A model generated the notes under the pieces. The model was not told the DNA's origin. It saw nothing but the letters and a program-made list of their open reading frames with translations, and searched no databases. From positions 96,178-160,177 of the IMG/VR virus record IMGVR_UViG_3300037067_007633: a stretch of DNA of 64,000 nt; one strand, given 5' to 3'. Positions within the stretch are counted from its first letter, which is position 1, and every line of letters starts with the position of its first letter. Positions 1 through 10,558 of this stretch are shown here, in pieces. The DNA is from a virus (lineage: Duplodnaviria > Caudoviricetes). The translations under genes and the position numbers were made by a program.

Positions 1-1
1 T

Positions 2-661
2 ATCTTCCCATCTTTCTTCTAATAAATTTCCCAGTTTATTTTCTAGTGAATAGTCCATACAACAAAGATAAACATCACCATTCGGTAAAACAATATTATT
101 GTCTAGTTTTTGAAGATTGGAAACTGAACATCCTATTTTTCCCTTAACATAGTTACTATTAATATCATTTAAATTTCCAGCCCTACTATGAGGATTATGT
201 ATCGTTGTTCCAACGACGTTTGTAGGACCAAGAGCCATCAACTTGTGTGGAATTCGATATTGTTTGAACAAACTGTATTTTTCTTTCCACTTACTGTAAT
301 TGTAAACAAAATATTTATCGTCTGGGGCATGTATTACACAATCAACCAATTGTCTTTTAGATAATTTTTTATAATCATCTTCGTTACTTCCAATTAATGT
401 TGTATATAAACAAGTTGGATAGCCAGAGTCAATACTATATAATATAAGGTCGATAGCATGTTGGTTGAGAAAAATTTCACAAAATCCGGAAAACAAAATC
501 ATTACATTTTTGGGTACATGATTAAGAATTATTTTAAAGTCTTCTAATGATAAAGTTTTTTTACTATCACTATAGGTAGAGATTAATTTTAATTGAGGGC
601 AACATTTGCACCAATTTGAACATCCAATTTTTCCGGTAATTTCTAGTGCTGGTTGGGACAT
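2..661 (-). CDS. Radical SAM/SPASM(twitch) protein, truncated at window edge (missing from ORF track)
   Basis: Manual translation from ATG 661: MSQPALEITGKIGCSNWCKCCPQ (CxxxCxxC) ... GCSVSNLQKLDNNIVLPNGDVYLCCMDYSLENKLGNL (SPASM-type motif); open to position 2. Confidence 0.85.
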   Translation of the reverse strand, partial: MSQPALEITGKIGCSNWCKCCPQLKLISTYSDSKKTLSLEDFKIILNHVPKNVMILFSGFCEIFLNQHAIDLILYSIDSGYPTCLYTTLIGSNEDDYKKLSKRQLVDCVIHAPDDKYFVYNYSKWKEKYSLFKQYRIPHKLMALGPTNVVGTTIHNPHSRAGNLNDINSNYVKGKIGCSVSNLQKLDNNIVLPNGDVYLCCMDYSLENKLGNLLEERWED

Positions 662-1572
662 GATAAACTTTCTAAAGTTTTTACAATGTATTCCATTCTA
701 GCTTTCTCAGTATGCCATTGCAAGCAATAATTGAAATTATCTTCCGCTTTTTCTTTACAAAATTGTGGTTCATATAAATATTGTCTAAGTCTTTCTTCTA
801 ATTCTAACTCATTACCAACTGTATACTGAATTACATTTGAGAGCGGTTTTAAATAGGGAACAAATAGTTTGTCAACGAAAACCAGACAGCCATTAGCAAT
901 AGCTTCCCACAATCTTGAATCACCTTCCCATTGTGTTGGATTGCATGTAACAACAATTTTGGTCTTTTTAAGAAAACTTAAATATTTGGAATCAAAATAA
1001 GTATTTTCTTTTTTGCTTCTTGTTTCATTACTGACCGGTCCAATATGACAATGATAACCTTCCTTATTTAGTTTTTGGAAAATATTATAACAGGCGTTTA
1101 TTACCCACTTTCGATTTGCACAAGTATCTCTTAGATAACATCCAACATCAATAATTCTTTTTTGATTAGATTGATATTGAAATTCTTTCATTATTGAATA
1201 CCAAAAGGGAAACATATTTTTTGGTCTATCAATAGGGTATTTTTCTTTAACAATAAAAGACATATTTTTAGGAAAAACCCAACTTCGTTTAAAATAAGCG
1301 AAGTATTTATCATATAAAATATAGTCGGGTTCATCAGTCCAATCAATAATGACCAGCTTCGCTGGATCATAGCGAGAAATTATTTCCGAACTTTTTATCC
1401 CGTTAAAATGGGGTACATAAGAATGAATTATGAAATCGGCTTCGTCTGGATTGTCAACAATTTTAACTTCATTTATTAATCTAAGCCCCCTGTTAACAAT
1501 CTCTGTACCACGAGGACAACACCAAAAATAATTAAATCCTTTATCTGGATACGGGACTATAAATATATTCAT
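643..1572 (-). CDS. Glycosyltransferase, GT-B fold (CgeB/YkvP-like C-terminus)
   Basis: C-terminal KIVVTCNP..WEGDSRLWEAIANGCLVF...WHT..ARM pattern. Confidence 0.7.
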   Translation of the reverse strand: MNIFIVPYPDKGFNYFWCCPRGTEIVNRGLRLINEVKIVDNPDEADFIIHSYVPHFNGIKSSEIISRYDPAKLVIIDWTDEPDYILYDKYFAYFKRSWVFPKNMSFIVKEKYPIDRPKNMFPFWYSIMKEFQYQSNQKRIIDVGCYLRDTCANRKWVINACYNIFQKLNKEGYHCHIGPVSNETRSKKENTYFDSKYLSFLKKTKIVVTCNPTQWEGDSRLWEAIANGCLVFVDKLFVPYLKPLSNVIQYTVGNELELEERLRQYLYEPQFCKEKAEDNFNYCLQWHTEKARMEYIVKTLESLSCPNQH

Positions 1573-1817
1573 TTTTTTGATTCTTCTTCTAATTGTTCTA
1601 ATGCTTTACCTATAGCTTCTTCGCGTTCTTCTTCTGTGGTTGGGGTAAATGCCATACTAACAACTTTATTTAATGCCTTTTTTGTTTTTTCCCCAAGCGT
1701 TTGAAACCAACAAGAAGCACACGTTCCACGTTTAGCTTCAGAAACAGAAAGTAGTAATTTTCCACATTCACAAATATTCCACACTTCTATTGTTTCTTTT
1801 TTTCTTTCTATACTCAT
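1569..1817 (-). CDS. Small Zn-finger hypothetical protein
   Basis: CECG...CASC; ATGA overlap with next gene. Confidence 0.6.
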   Translation of the reverse strand: MSIERKKETIEVWNICECGKLLLSVSEAKRGTCASCWFQTLGEKTKKALNKVVSMAFTPTTEEEREEAIGKALEQLEEESKK

Positions 1818-2461
1818 TATTTTCTCCTAAAACATAACATGTGTGATATATCTTTACAGTCTTCTCGTATACAAATTTTCCCAAAAGGATTAATAAATTC
1901 TTCAAATCCATATTGTTTAAATTTATTTATCCACCAATGTTTATTTTGAATAGTTCTGTGTCCGTGCATTGGTAAAAAAGAAATTTGGTGAATTGCTAAT
2001 CCGTTATTGGATAAATTTCTAGACATATAATAAATTGTTCTATTTACTTCTTCTTCTTTTAAGTGTTCAAACATTTCTGATGATAATATTACGTCAAAGT
2101 ATACACGTTCCATTCTATAATAAAATTCATACGCTTGAGAAATATCCATTACAAAAAAATTATTTGGATACCAATTCCATCCAACTTGTTTAATACTGGT
2201 TGTATATTCTCTTGTTATATCTACTCCGATACCTATATGTCTATCTTTTATAATATCACAAATTAATCCACCATTTCCACATCCTAAATCTAATATTGTA
2301 AGTCTTTTATCAACAGGAAACAAAGAGTATAAAATTTCTAAAAATGGTTTATTCTTTATTATAGTTATAATATTGTTTGGTGGAGGTGGAAAAAATTTAT
2401 ATTGTGGAGTATTATACAAACTATTAGAAATAAGAGTTTTAAGTAAAACTATATCATTCAT
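1817..2461 (-). CDS. Class I SAM-dependent methyltransferase
   Basis: ILDLGCGNG motif I; FDVILSSEMFEHL. Confidence 0.85.
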   Translation of the reverse strand: MNDIVLLKTLISNSLYNTPQYKFFPPPPNNIITIIKNKPFLEILYSLFPVDKRLTILDLGCGNGGLICDIIKDRHIGIGVDITREYTTSIKQVGWNWYPNNFFVMDISQAYEFYYRMERVYFDVILSSEMFEHLKEEEVNRTIYYMSRNLSNNGLAIHQISFLPMHGHRTIQNKHWWINKFKQYGFEEFINPFGKICIREDCKDISHMLCFRRK

Positions 2462-3429
2462 TATGAAACTATATTGTGTTTAACCAACAATCTATATAAT
2501 TGTTTGTCAATAGTATTGTCTTTAGCCCACTGTTTTTGTGATTTTAAAATTGTTAAATATAATTTCTTTTCTTCTTTTAATATCTTAGCCAACTTTAATA
2601 TTTTCTCAAAATCTCCATATTCATAATTCGGAATTATATGTAGTGGAAAAAGTTCTTTAACATTTGGGTGATTATCATATATTAATAGGGAGTTTAAGAT
2701 GGGACCAATCCAATCCCTAAAGCCTTTCATAGTCCCCTCTTTTGTTAATTCCGGTCTATTGTGAGAAGTAGTACCAAGAGTAAACCAACTAGATATATAC
2801 TTTCTATATATTTTTTCTAGATTTCCATCATTATGTCCTGTTCCACCACCTTGACTAAAAGTATATCCATTATCTTTGATATATTTTATCATGTTGTTTC
2901 TATAAGACCCAACATTACTTATAGAACAGGGATGATAAACTCCAATAAAATCATTGTCTTTAATTGAGAAATCAAGTGGACCAGCTAAGACCATTAATTC
3001 ATCTATTAATTTGTCTGAAATTGTCCACATCCACAAATCATTTTTTATTCCCTTTTCATCAAACCAAAACCTACAATTAGAATTTAATTCAAGTGTTAAT
3101 TCTATTTCTTCTTTTTGATCTGGTAATTGTAAAGGAAGGTTGTTTTTAATATAATACATTGTGTCGCAACACAACGTAATAAATTTAGCGTTTGGAAACC
3201 ATTTGCGTAAATCTTTAGCGGTTAATCCAGCATGTTGAGGATAACCAATTTCAAATATAAATAATACATCATTACTTTCATCCCTATTAATTTTTCTTAA
3301 TTTCATATCGGAAAAAGAAATAGTATGAACTGCACAATCTTTAATATATTTAGATAGTCCTTCTATTCCATAGTTTACACTTACTACTTCAAAAGGAACA
3401 TCAAAATCCGTAACAGTGTAAATTTTCAA
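2461..3429 (-). CDS. Putative GT-B glycosyltransferase-like protein
   Basis: C-terminal pattern loosely resembles CgeB-like GTs; glycan-gene context; TTG start. Confidence 0.45.
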   Translation of the reverse strand: MKIYTVTDFDVPFEVVSVNYGIEGLSKYIKDCAVHTISFSDMKLRKINRDESNDVLFIFEIGYPQHAGLTAKDLRKWFPNAKFITLCCDTMYYIKNNLPLQLPDQKEEIELTLELNSNCRFWFDEKGIKNDLWMWTISDKLIDELMVLAGPLDFSIKDNDFIGVYHPCSISNVGSYRNNMIKYIKDNGYTFSQGGGTGHNDGNLEKIYRKYISSWFTLGTTSHNRPELTKEGTMKGFRDWIGPILNSLLIYDNHPNVKELFPLHIIPNYEYGDFEKILKLAKILKEEKKLYLTILKSQKQWAKDNTIDKQLYRLLVKHNIVS

Positions 3430-3999
3430 TTAAAATCCCTTTCCTAATATTTTCATGTATGAGGCACCATTAGATGATAAAGAAATATCATTGCCGAAAC
3501 ATTCTAATACGGCTTGTCTTACTCCACCAGAACTACTATAATCATGCCCAAATATATAGGAGTTTTCTTTCATTTTTGGTAAAAATGCCCTAATTTCATT
3601 TACTGTGTGGGGATAACAATGATCACCGTCTAAAAATAAAATATCTATTGAACTGTTACCAAACTGTTCGGCAAACTTTGTTGATTCTCCAATTAATGGT
3701 TTAACTATACGATCTACTCCAGCTTTTTGTAAGTTTTTAATAAATTCGTCAAAATATTCAGAATAACAATTAGCTTGTTGTTTTGACTCTGGAGAAATAT
3801 TTTCACATAACCAATTATCTATTCCATGAATTTTAACATCTATTCCCAACTCCTTTATTAATTGTCCTACTAAACTAATAGTACCACCAACCCAACAACC
3901 AACCTCAACATATGTCATACCATTAGTCATACGACGAACAGTATTTTCTAAAAATTCTCTTCGAGTTTCAATATCAACCAATGTTGGAATTTCAATCAT
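3430..3999 (-). CDS. Class I SAM methyltransferase (Methyltransf_24-like)
   Basis: VEVGCWVGGT, GIDNW, ILFLDGDH, GHDY motifs. Confidence 0.85.
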   Translation of the reverse strand: MIEIPTLVDIETRREFLENTVRRMTNGMTYVEVGCWVGGTISLVGQLIKELGIDVKIHGIDNWLCENISPESKQQANCYSEYFDEFIKNLQKAGVDRIVKPLIGESTKFAEQFGNSSIDILFLDGDHCYPHTVNEIRAFLPKMKENSYIFGHDYSSSGGVRQAVLECFGNDISLSSNGASYMKILGKGF

Positions 4000-4014
4000 A
4001 TAATTATTTCCTTA

Positions 4015-5076
4015 TTAATTTTTTATCTTTATATTATATTTCTGCTTACAAATTTCTATATAGAGTTGTGATATTTTTTTATGATCTGGTTTATCTCTCA
4101 ATTTTGAGTTTGTATACAAATTATTTAACCGCAAGTCTAAATTTTCCGCCACCTTTTCAATATCTTCATATTTCCATTCACCCCTTAGAATACCTTTTAA
4201 TTCTTCTGCATCTGGTCGTTTAACAATTACTTTACCATCACGTAATATTTCTTCTGACATTCTTATTAAACGAACTAAGTGCATAGCATGTTTAACATCA
4301 TATCCATATTTTCTTTCTAGTTCTTTTCTAAAAGGATTTCGTTCTTTATCCCATTTTTGATAGGATGACCATATTTGTAATGCAGAAGCGTATTGTTTTT
4401 CTTGTAATACTTGTTCTTTAATATTATCAGAAACAAATTCTATAGGCAAACTATGTATAATATTTTGATGTTCTTTTGATATTTTACTATTTTCAGATAA
4501 ACCAAAATCTTTACGACTCGGTTTACACTTTGGTGGATTTAATAGATATCCACGATGAATACGAATTCTTTTTAATTGTTGAATTGCATATCCTGAAAAT
4601 GTCCATCGTGCTTTTTTAGATAAAAACAAATGCCTATTTTCTTTAATTTTTTCCCATTCTGGTTTACAAATATCAATTAAATCATCAATATATAAGAATT
4701 CTATAATGTTTGGATTACAGTCTGCGGCTAATTTTAAAAATTTCCTTAATTCATGTAATTCTTCGTCACCTTCAGTAGAATGTACCGTTTCAACCGACAA
4801 AGATAAATCTCCGCGATCTGATTGTAATGCTGACTCAATACAATTTTTACACCCTGTTAAATCAGCATTATTAATACAATCTAGTGCAGAATGTAAATTT
4901 TGTTTTATTGTTCCGTGTCCGATGAAACTTGTTTTAAATAAATCAAACGCATAATTTAAAGGGGCAATAAACACACCTCTTATATCAATATCGCTATTTG
5001 GTCTATTGGTTCCGTATTGATGAGAACCGGAAGTAAATTTAAAAATACAATTATCAAGTGCTTCTTTGTAATTCAT
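4015..5076 (-). CDS. Pol-beta superfamily nucleotidyltransferase (RlaP/YcgL-like)
   Basis: SGSHQYGTNRPNSDIDIRG, NPNIIEFL, GYDVKHAMHLVRL. Confidence 0.88.
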   Translation of the reverse strand: MNYKEALDNCIFKFTSGSHQYGTNRPNSDIDIRGVFIAPLNYAFDLFKTSFIGHGTIKQNLHSALDCINNADLTGCKNCIESALQSDRGDLSLSVETVHSTEGDEELHELRKFLKLAADCNPNIIEFLYIDDLIDICKPEWEKIKENRHLFLSKKARWTFSGYAIQQLKRIRIHRGYLLNPPKCKPSRKDFGLSENSKISKEHQNIIHSLPIEFVSDNIKEQVLQEKQYASALQIWSSYQKWDKERNPFRKELERKYGYDVKHAMHLVRLIRMSEEILRDGKVIVKRPDAEELKGILRGEWKYEDIEKVAENLDLRLNNLYTNSKLRDKPDHKKISQLYIEICKQKYNIKIKN

Positions 5077-5719
5077 TGAGTTTTTCCAAATCTTTATAAT
5101 AAATACATTTTTTTAATCCTATAAATAGCTTCTTTATAGGGTCTTTTAGAAGTGGCTCTATTTTTGAAAATTCCACAATAGCTTTTACCACTCCTATATT
5201 ATACATCATATTTTCTAAATAGACAAGTATAACCAGTTGTTTATTTTGATTGTTTTTTAATAATGTGTCTTTGCCGCCACAAATATCTTTATTAGCGTTT
5301 TGAAACGTCCAACTATAGTCTTTACAAAAATCTAAAGTTTTTTTATTACAAGATTTAACGTGGATATCAATATTATCATATTGTAAATCACATTTCCACT
5401 TTTTAGCTTTTCCTTTTCTAATTTCTAAATCTGGCTCTAGTAGGGGTAAACCATATTGAAATAAAGCTTGTGCTGCTATAAACTCGGCTTTTTTACCTAA
5501 AAATATATCGTTAAAAATTTTCTCCTTTTGGGCATTTCTGTGTTTTTCATAATATTCAGCGGATTGATTTTTCCCGCTCATTGCTTTCACAAATTCTTCA
5601 CATTTACTATTTATTTTATCATTTTCTTCTTTACTAAAAGTTATAATAATATCATTTATGTATAATATATTCATTTTTTTCCATATATTCATGTAATTTA
5701 CAGGATACATGTATTTCAT
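5054..5719 (-). CDS. Hypothetical protein, possible PD-(D/E)xK nuclease fold
   Basis: GKKAEF...PDLE...CDL...IHVKS pattern; true start probably downstream of 5719. Confidence 0.4.
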   Translation of the reverse strand: MKYMYPVNYMNIWKKMNILYINDIIITFSKEENDKINSKCEEFVKAMSGKNQSAEYYEKHRNAQKEKIFNDIFLGKKAEFIAAQALFQYGLPLLEPDLEIRKGKAKKWKCDLQYDNIDIHVKSCNKKTLDFCKDYSWTFQNANKDICGGKDTLLKNNQNKQLVILVYLENMMYNIGVVKAIVEFSKIEPLLKDPIKKLFIGLKKCIYYKDLEKLNELQRST

Positions 5720-6485
5720 TTATTTTTGCCCATGAATACATAGATTTTACTTCTGGACAAATATCATAAGAAAGTACCCATTGTGATTTTAATTGGCTCA
5801 ATATTTGAGATAACTTTTTATGATTATCTGGTGTTAAATTTATTTGATATATTTTTTTTTGATTAATGTGTGGAGGGTCTAAATAAACAACGTCGTTTTC
5901 TTTTACATTTTTTAAAACATCCTCGAAAGATAGATTGGTAATTATTACGTTTTTATTTCTTAATGTTTTTTTAATTTTTCTTAATTTACTAAATACTCTA
6001 TGTGGATTCCAAATCATATTGATTTTATACATAGAATTTTGTCTTTTTCCACCTTGTGGAGAAGTCATATATTCACCATAACCTTTATACGACCATCTAT
6101 GTACGGCTATTTTTTGAAAACCAATATCAACTATTTCTTTGGTTGATGTTGGCATTCTTTTTAAATCTAATATGTTGTTTCTATATTTATAAAATAATTG
6201 AGGTGATGGTTTAACTACGTATAACATTTTTTGTAAATCTGATAAATGTTCAATAATAGCCTTCCACATACAAGTGACTGCTATATTTTTATCATTTATC
6301 CAGATATTATTTACTTTTATGCCATTGTTTTTATATCTTTTATCTAAATACTTTAATCCAACAGCTAAACTTCCAGCAAACGGTTCCACATATGTTGTGT
6401 TATCGTAAACGGGAAACTTATTTACATATGGCATTATTGTTTTGTAAAGATAAAATTTACTGCCTGGATATCTTATAAGTGTCAT
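5652..6485 (-). CDS. D12-class (Dam-like) DNA adenine methyltransferase
   Basis: YPGSK, YVEPFAGS, INDKN, YLDPPH, WVLSYD. Confidence 0.85.
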   Translation of the reverse strand: MTLIRYPGSKFYLYKTIMPYVNKFPVYDNTTYVEPFAGSLAVGLKYLDKRYKNNGIKVNNIWINDKNIAVTCMWKAIIEHLSDLQKMLYVVKPSPQLFYKYRNNILDLKRMPTSTKEIVDIGFQKIAVHRWSYKGYGEYMTSPQGGKRQNSMYKINMIWNPHRVFSKLRKIKKTLRNKNVIITNLSFEDVLKNVKENDVVYLDPPHINQKKIYQINLTPDNHKKLSQILSQLKSQWVLSYDICPEVKSMYSWAKINEIHVSCKLHEYMEKNEYIIHK

Positions 6486-7471
6486 TTTTCAATATAATCC
6501 ATTAACTCCGAAACTCTATTTTTATAAGTATGCTTTCTCATAACTACCGAATATGCTTTATTTATATATTCTTCGCGTTTTTCTGGATTTTTTAAGAAAT
6601 AGTCAATTAAACCAAAGAAATCTTGCGGGTCTTTTACCATTAACAATTCATTGTTTGTAAAAATATCTTTTTCTAGGCTTTCAACATAATCAGAAATACA
6701 AAAACCCTTACAAGCTATAATATTAAATATACGTGGGACAACATCAAATCCATACTTATTAGAATGTGGTTCGTGAATATTTGGGCATATAGTGGAAGAA
6801 CATATTAGATTTCTTATATTTTCATCTGAAGCAAAACCTAAATATTGAGGAACTGACCAATGTTGATTTCCAAAAATTTTAATCTTATATTTTCCAATTG
6901 GATAACAAAGCGGAACAATATACTTGTCTAAATTTTGTGCTTTATATTCCCAATAACCACCAATAAAAACAATATCACTTAATAATTCTTTATTAATAGG
7001 AACTTGATAATATACATTAGTGTCTACGGCAGGCAAAAAACCCCAAATTTTATATCCCAATTCTTTCCAGCCACCAATAACATAATCTTTACGATTTTCA
7101 TGACAATAATTAAATAAAACTATTCTATCTTTATTTTCTATTTGATCTACCAAGTTTTTTTCTTGGTCTGTTGCTATTAAAATTGGATATTTTTCTTTAT
7201 CATATTCTGATAAAAATTCTTTACTATCTATACCAACTTTTAAAACAACCTTAATATCTTTATTATTATTTAAACATTTAATAATAGATCTGTCAAGGTT
7301 ATACCCTTGCCCGATAAATACGTCTGGTTTTACTTGATTAAAAACATCAAAAGCACAGTTTTGATCTTTATCCCAAAAACCAAACTGATTTTCCCTTTCT
7401 ACTATAGCACTACCTAAACCCTGATAGATATAATGAGACGCCATTTTTTCATGTTGGCATATAAATTTCAT
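6482..7471 (-). CDS. CgeB/YkvP-like glycosyltransferase
   Basis: DIVFIGG, ICPNIHE, RIFNIIACKGFCISD, KHTYKNRV. Confidence 0.85.
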   Translation of the reverse strand: MKFICQHEKMASHYIYQGLGSAIVERENQFGFWDKDQNCAFDVFNQVKPDVFIGQGYNLDRSIIKCLNNNKDIKVVLKVGIDSKEFLSEYDKEKYPILIATDQEKNLVDQIENKDRIVLFNYCHENRKDYVIGGWKELGYKIWGFLPAVDTNVYYQVPINKELLSDIVFIGGYWEYKAQNLDKYIVPLCYPIGKYKIKIFGNQHWSVPQYLGFASDENIRNLICSSTICPNIHEPHSNKYGFDVVPRIFNIIACKGFCISDYVESLEKDIFTNNELLMVKDPQDFFGLIDYFLKNPEKREEYINKAYSVVMRKHTYKNRVSELMDYIEK

Positions 7472-8206
7472 TTAGTTAATTACTCCAGAAATTTTTTCAA
7501 TATCTTTTGGTGTATCTATTTCAACTATTTTCATTCCGGTGGGTTCTTCTGCAACAATATTACCACCTTTTTCTATTACCTTATTTAGTATTTCATATCC
7601 ATATAAATTGCTATAGTCTGAATTCATTACCATTTGTTCAAATAAGAATAATTCTTTGTTTTGTAAAGAAACAATTTGTCCCCACTTGTTTGGTATATCA
7701 TAAGCCAAACTTAAAACTTTATTGTCATTGTAAATTATTCCAACTGTATCTGTGTTTAATCTTTTATGGGTGTCTATTATTGTTTTTGATTCATTGACGG
7801 AAACAATATTGTTGATAGTTTCCCTATTAAAAACCAAATCTCCATATATAATAATTACGTTATCTCTTACGGATGAATATAGTCCTAACGCTATACTATA
7901 TACTACATTAGTATTTTCATATTGATTATTTAATACAAATCTAACAGGATATTTTCTTTTTAATAATTTATAAATTTTATCAGCGTAAAATCCAATAGTA
8001 ATAATAATTTCTGCATTAGGATATAATTCAAGAATTAATCTAATTTGTCGTTCTATGAGTGTTTCGTTTGTATTTGAAATATCTATAAGAGCTTTAGCAC
8101 CAACATATTTCATTCTTTTTCCTGCTCCAGCCGCAGGAATAATTACAGATATTTTTTCATTATGTATGTTATATATGGATTTAGCTGGTACTGTATAACT
8201 ATTCAT
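7472..8206 (-). CDS. NTP transferase (LicC/phosphocholine or phosphonate cytidylyltransferase-like)
   Basis: IIPAAGAGKRM...KAL, YGDLVF, EIDTPKD. Confidence 0.8.
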   Translation of the reverse strand: MNSYTVPAKSIYNIHNEKISVIIPAAGAGKRMKYVGAKALIDISNTNETLIERQIRLILELYPNAEIIITIGFYADKIYKLLKRKYPVRFVLNNQYENTNVVYSIALGLYSSVRDNVIIIYGDLVFNRETINNIVSVNESKTIIDTHKRLNTDTVGIIYNDNKVLSLAYDIPNKWGQIVSLQNKELFLFEQMVMNSDYSNLYGYEILNKVIEKGGNIVAEEPTGMKIVEIDTPKDIEKISGVIN

Positions 8207-8990
8207 TATTAGTTAGTTGTCCTGATAATTTTTGTCGAATTCTATTCCAATTTTTATTCCACACAGCCTTGTCAACCGTAAAAGAAGAATTAAAGCCTGT
8301 AACTGTATAAATATGTAGTGGTTCTGGAATATGAATTGCTATAAATTGTCCAGTAATTCTTAACCACAAATCCCAATCTTCACAAGTTCTCATTTCTTCA
8401 TCATACAAACCTACAGCTTGAAGAGCTTTTTTATTAATGATAGATGCACTTGGAATAATATCTTCTTGTTCTAATCTCAACCTATTAAAAGGTTCTCTAA
8501 GTTCTAAAATAGTTTTTCCACTTCTCGAATCATTAATTAGCACATCATTATATACTATACCAATATGAGTTAAATCTGTCTTCATCATTTCTACACAATA
8601 ACTAAGTTTATTAGGTAGAAAACGATCATCTGCGTCTAAAATAGCAAATATGTCTGTAATTTCAAATGTGGTTTTAATTGCTTTGTTTCTAGCTGCCGAT
8701 GGACCCATTGGTTTATCATTATTTAAAATCATAACTGATAAATTGCCAAAAGTTCCAATAATAATATCTCTGTTTTCTTCTTCTATTTTAATAAGAGATT
8801 TAATTATTTCTAAAGAATTATCTGTAGATCCATCATTAACAATAACGGCAGACTTAAAAGGATATGTCTGTGTTTGTACTGACTCAAGACATTCTTTAAT
8901 CATATTACCGTGATTATGACAAGCAATTACAACGGTAACTTTTATGTCATTAATACTTTTAGTGGTATTTTTTGTGATTGTTTGTTGCAT
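8199..8990 (-). CDS. Family 2 glycosyltransferase
   Basis: VVIACHN, VNDGSTD, GPSAARN, LDADD, EDWDLWLR. Confidence 0.92.
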   Translation of the reverse strand: MQQTITKNTTKSINDIKVTVVIACHNHGNMIKECLESVQTQTYPFKSAVIVNDGSTDNSLEIIKSLIKIEEENRDIIIGTFGNLSVMILNNDKPMGPSAARNKAIKTTFEITDIFAILDADDRFLPNKLSYCVEMMKTDLTHIGIVYNDVLINDSRSGKTILELREPFNRLRLEQEDIIPSASIINKKALQAVGLYDEEMRTCEDWDLWLRITGQFIAIHIPEPLHIYTVTGFNSSFTVDKAVWNKNWNRIRQKLSGQLTNNE

Positions 8991-9688
8991 TCTTTTTCCA
9001 TAAATTTAATGTTGTTATTACATAATTTAAACATTACTTTTTGTGCTATAAGAATATAATTTAAATCACCAGATAATAACAATATCTTCATTAAGTCATT
9101 AATATAGAAATTAATATTACTGATCAAATTATGATTAAGATATATTCCAGCATTTATAAAAATAAAATATTGACCATTTAACCTGTTTGTGATTAAGGAT
9201 AAACAGTCCTTTCTATCTAGATTTTCTTCTATTATTATTTCTAAAGTCCACTTATTTGTAAAATTAATATTAGCTATTGTTTGAATTTCACTAGGTTTAA
9301 TGTTAGCTTTATTATTAATAATAATTACTTTATTAGCAGTAATTTCAGAATAATTTATTGAAGATATTGTTTTCTCTAAATCATATTTAGTGTTTTTACT
9401 ATCTAAATATACAATTACGTCGCATTTTAATTTTGTTTCTTCTTTTAATTTTTCTAAAATTTTATCAGAATATAATTTAGCCCATTCTTTAGTTCTATGG
9501 CAAACGCATGTTTTAGATTTAATAACAAAAAATTCTTTTTCATTATCATAAGCTTCTAAAATTTCTATATTTGCTTTGCGAAATTTGCTTAGTTTATCTA
9601 AGTTGCAATCTATTTGCGTATTTTTATCGTATTCCGCAAAACAACAATCTTTACAGGATGTATCCATTTTCTTTTCCTCTATATTCAT
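8942..9688 (-). CDS. Hypothetical protein, Cys-rich N-terminus plus degenerate GT-A-like region
   Basis: CKDCCF..C N-terminus; GT2-like strand/helix pattern without DxD. Confidence 0.4.
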   Translation of the reverse strand: MNIEEKKMDTSCKDCCFAEYDKNTQIDCNLDKLSKFRKANIEILEAYDNEKEFFVIKSKTCVCHRTKEWAKLYSDKILEKLKEETKLKCDVIVYLDSKNTKYDLEKTISSINYSEITANKVIIINNKANIKPSEIQTIANINFTNKWTLEIIIEENLDRKDCLSLITNRLNGQYFIFINAGIYLNHNLISNINFYINDLMKILLLSGDLNYILIAQKVMFKLCNNNIKFMEKECNKQSQKIPLKVLMT

Positions 9689-9878
9689 CTAAAAATTCTA
9701 ATGCTTCAGTCCAATAACCAAAGGTATAAAACCATTGAAAGTTGGTTAAATTATTTGTTGTTCCCAAATTTTTCATATTTTCTGAAAATTCATCTAATGC
9801 TGCTTTAGTTTCTTTAACAAACTCATCAATCGTTAATGGTCCATGTTCAAACCATTCTCTTGGTCCTGGTTTTCCCAT
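9651..9878 (-). CDS. Hypothetical protein
   Basis: ORF packed in operon. Confidence 0.55.
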   Translation of the reverse strand: MGKPGPREWFEHGPLTIDEFVKETKAALDEFSENMKNLGTTNNLTNFQWFYTFGYWTEALEFLDEYRGKENGYIL

Positions 9879-10345
9879 TATATTCTTTGAGCCTCTACAA
9901 TTACACTAGTATTATCAATCTTTTGTTTTAGTATTTTTAAGCCCTTAGATCTTAGAAATTCAATTATGGCAAACATTGACGGACACGAGGATTTATGAAT
10001 AATTTCGTTTATAGAGAACAATCTCTTGTTTATTTCATCGTTATTTATTCGCCCACTACTATATTCATTTAATAGGATGTTGATATCATCTTCTATTATT
10101 ATAATTTTCCCCCCAATACTCAACTTAGCCAACCACTTATCAATTACTGAATATAACATAGTATAAGGAAAACATGGTAGAATATCCTCTATTAATATTT
10201 CTTCCGCTTCACCATTATCTACATATTTATCTAGATTTAATGGATCACATTGTTTTGTATTTGCGGTTTCTATCTTAACTAATGGAAGCAAATTAAGATA
10301 GTTGTCTAGAATTTTTGCTGAATTTGTTGTTAAATGAATTTTCAT
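9878..10345 (-). CDS. Degenerate methyltransferase-like protein
   Basis: W..KLSIGGKIII pattern typical of the class I MTase C-half; no intact motif I. Confidence 0.45.
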   Translation of the reverse strand: MKIHLTTNSAKILDNYLNLLPLVKIETANTKQCDPLNLDKYVDNGEAEEILIEDILPCFPYTMLYSVIDKWLAKLSIGGKIIIIEDDINILLNEYSSGRINNDEINKRLFSINEIIHKSSCPSMFAIIEFLRSKGLKILKQKIDNTSVIVEAQRI

Positions 10346-10360
10346 ACTTTGTACTCCTTG

Positions 10361-10558
10361 TTATAATTTTTTATACCACAAACCGCACATATGTTTATTT
10401 TCAGTCTTACAAACAGGGCATTCTATAATTATATAATTATATTTATTATCACATAAGTTTGCTTCTTTTCCTTGAAATTCAAACTTTGTTCCACATGTTT
10501 CACATCGATGTTCAAATGTCATTTCTTCTCTATTCAACGCCTTTTTAATAATCTTCAT
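10361..10558 (-). CDS. Zn-ribbon protein
   Basis: CETC...CPVC. Confidence 0.65.
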   Translation of the reverse strand: MKIIKKALNREEMTFEHRCETCGTKFEFQGKEANLCDNKYNYIIIECPVCKTENKHMCGLWYKKL

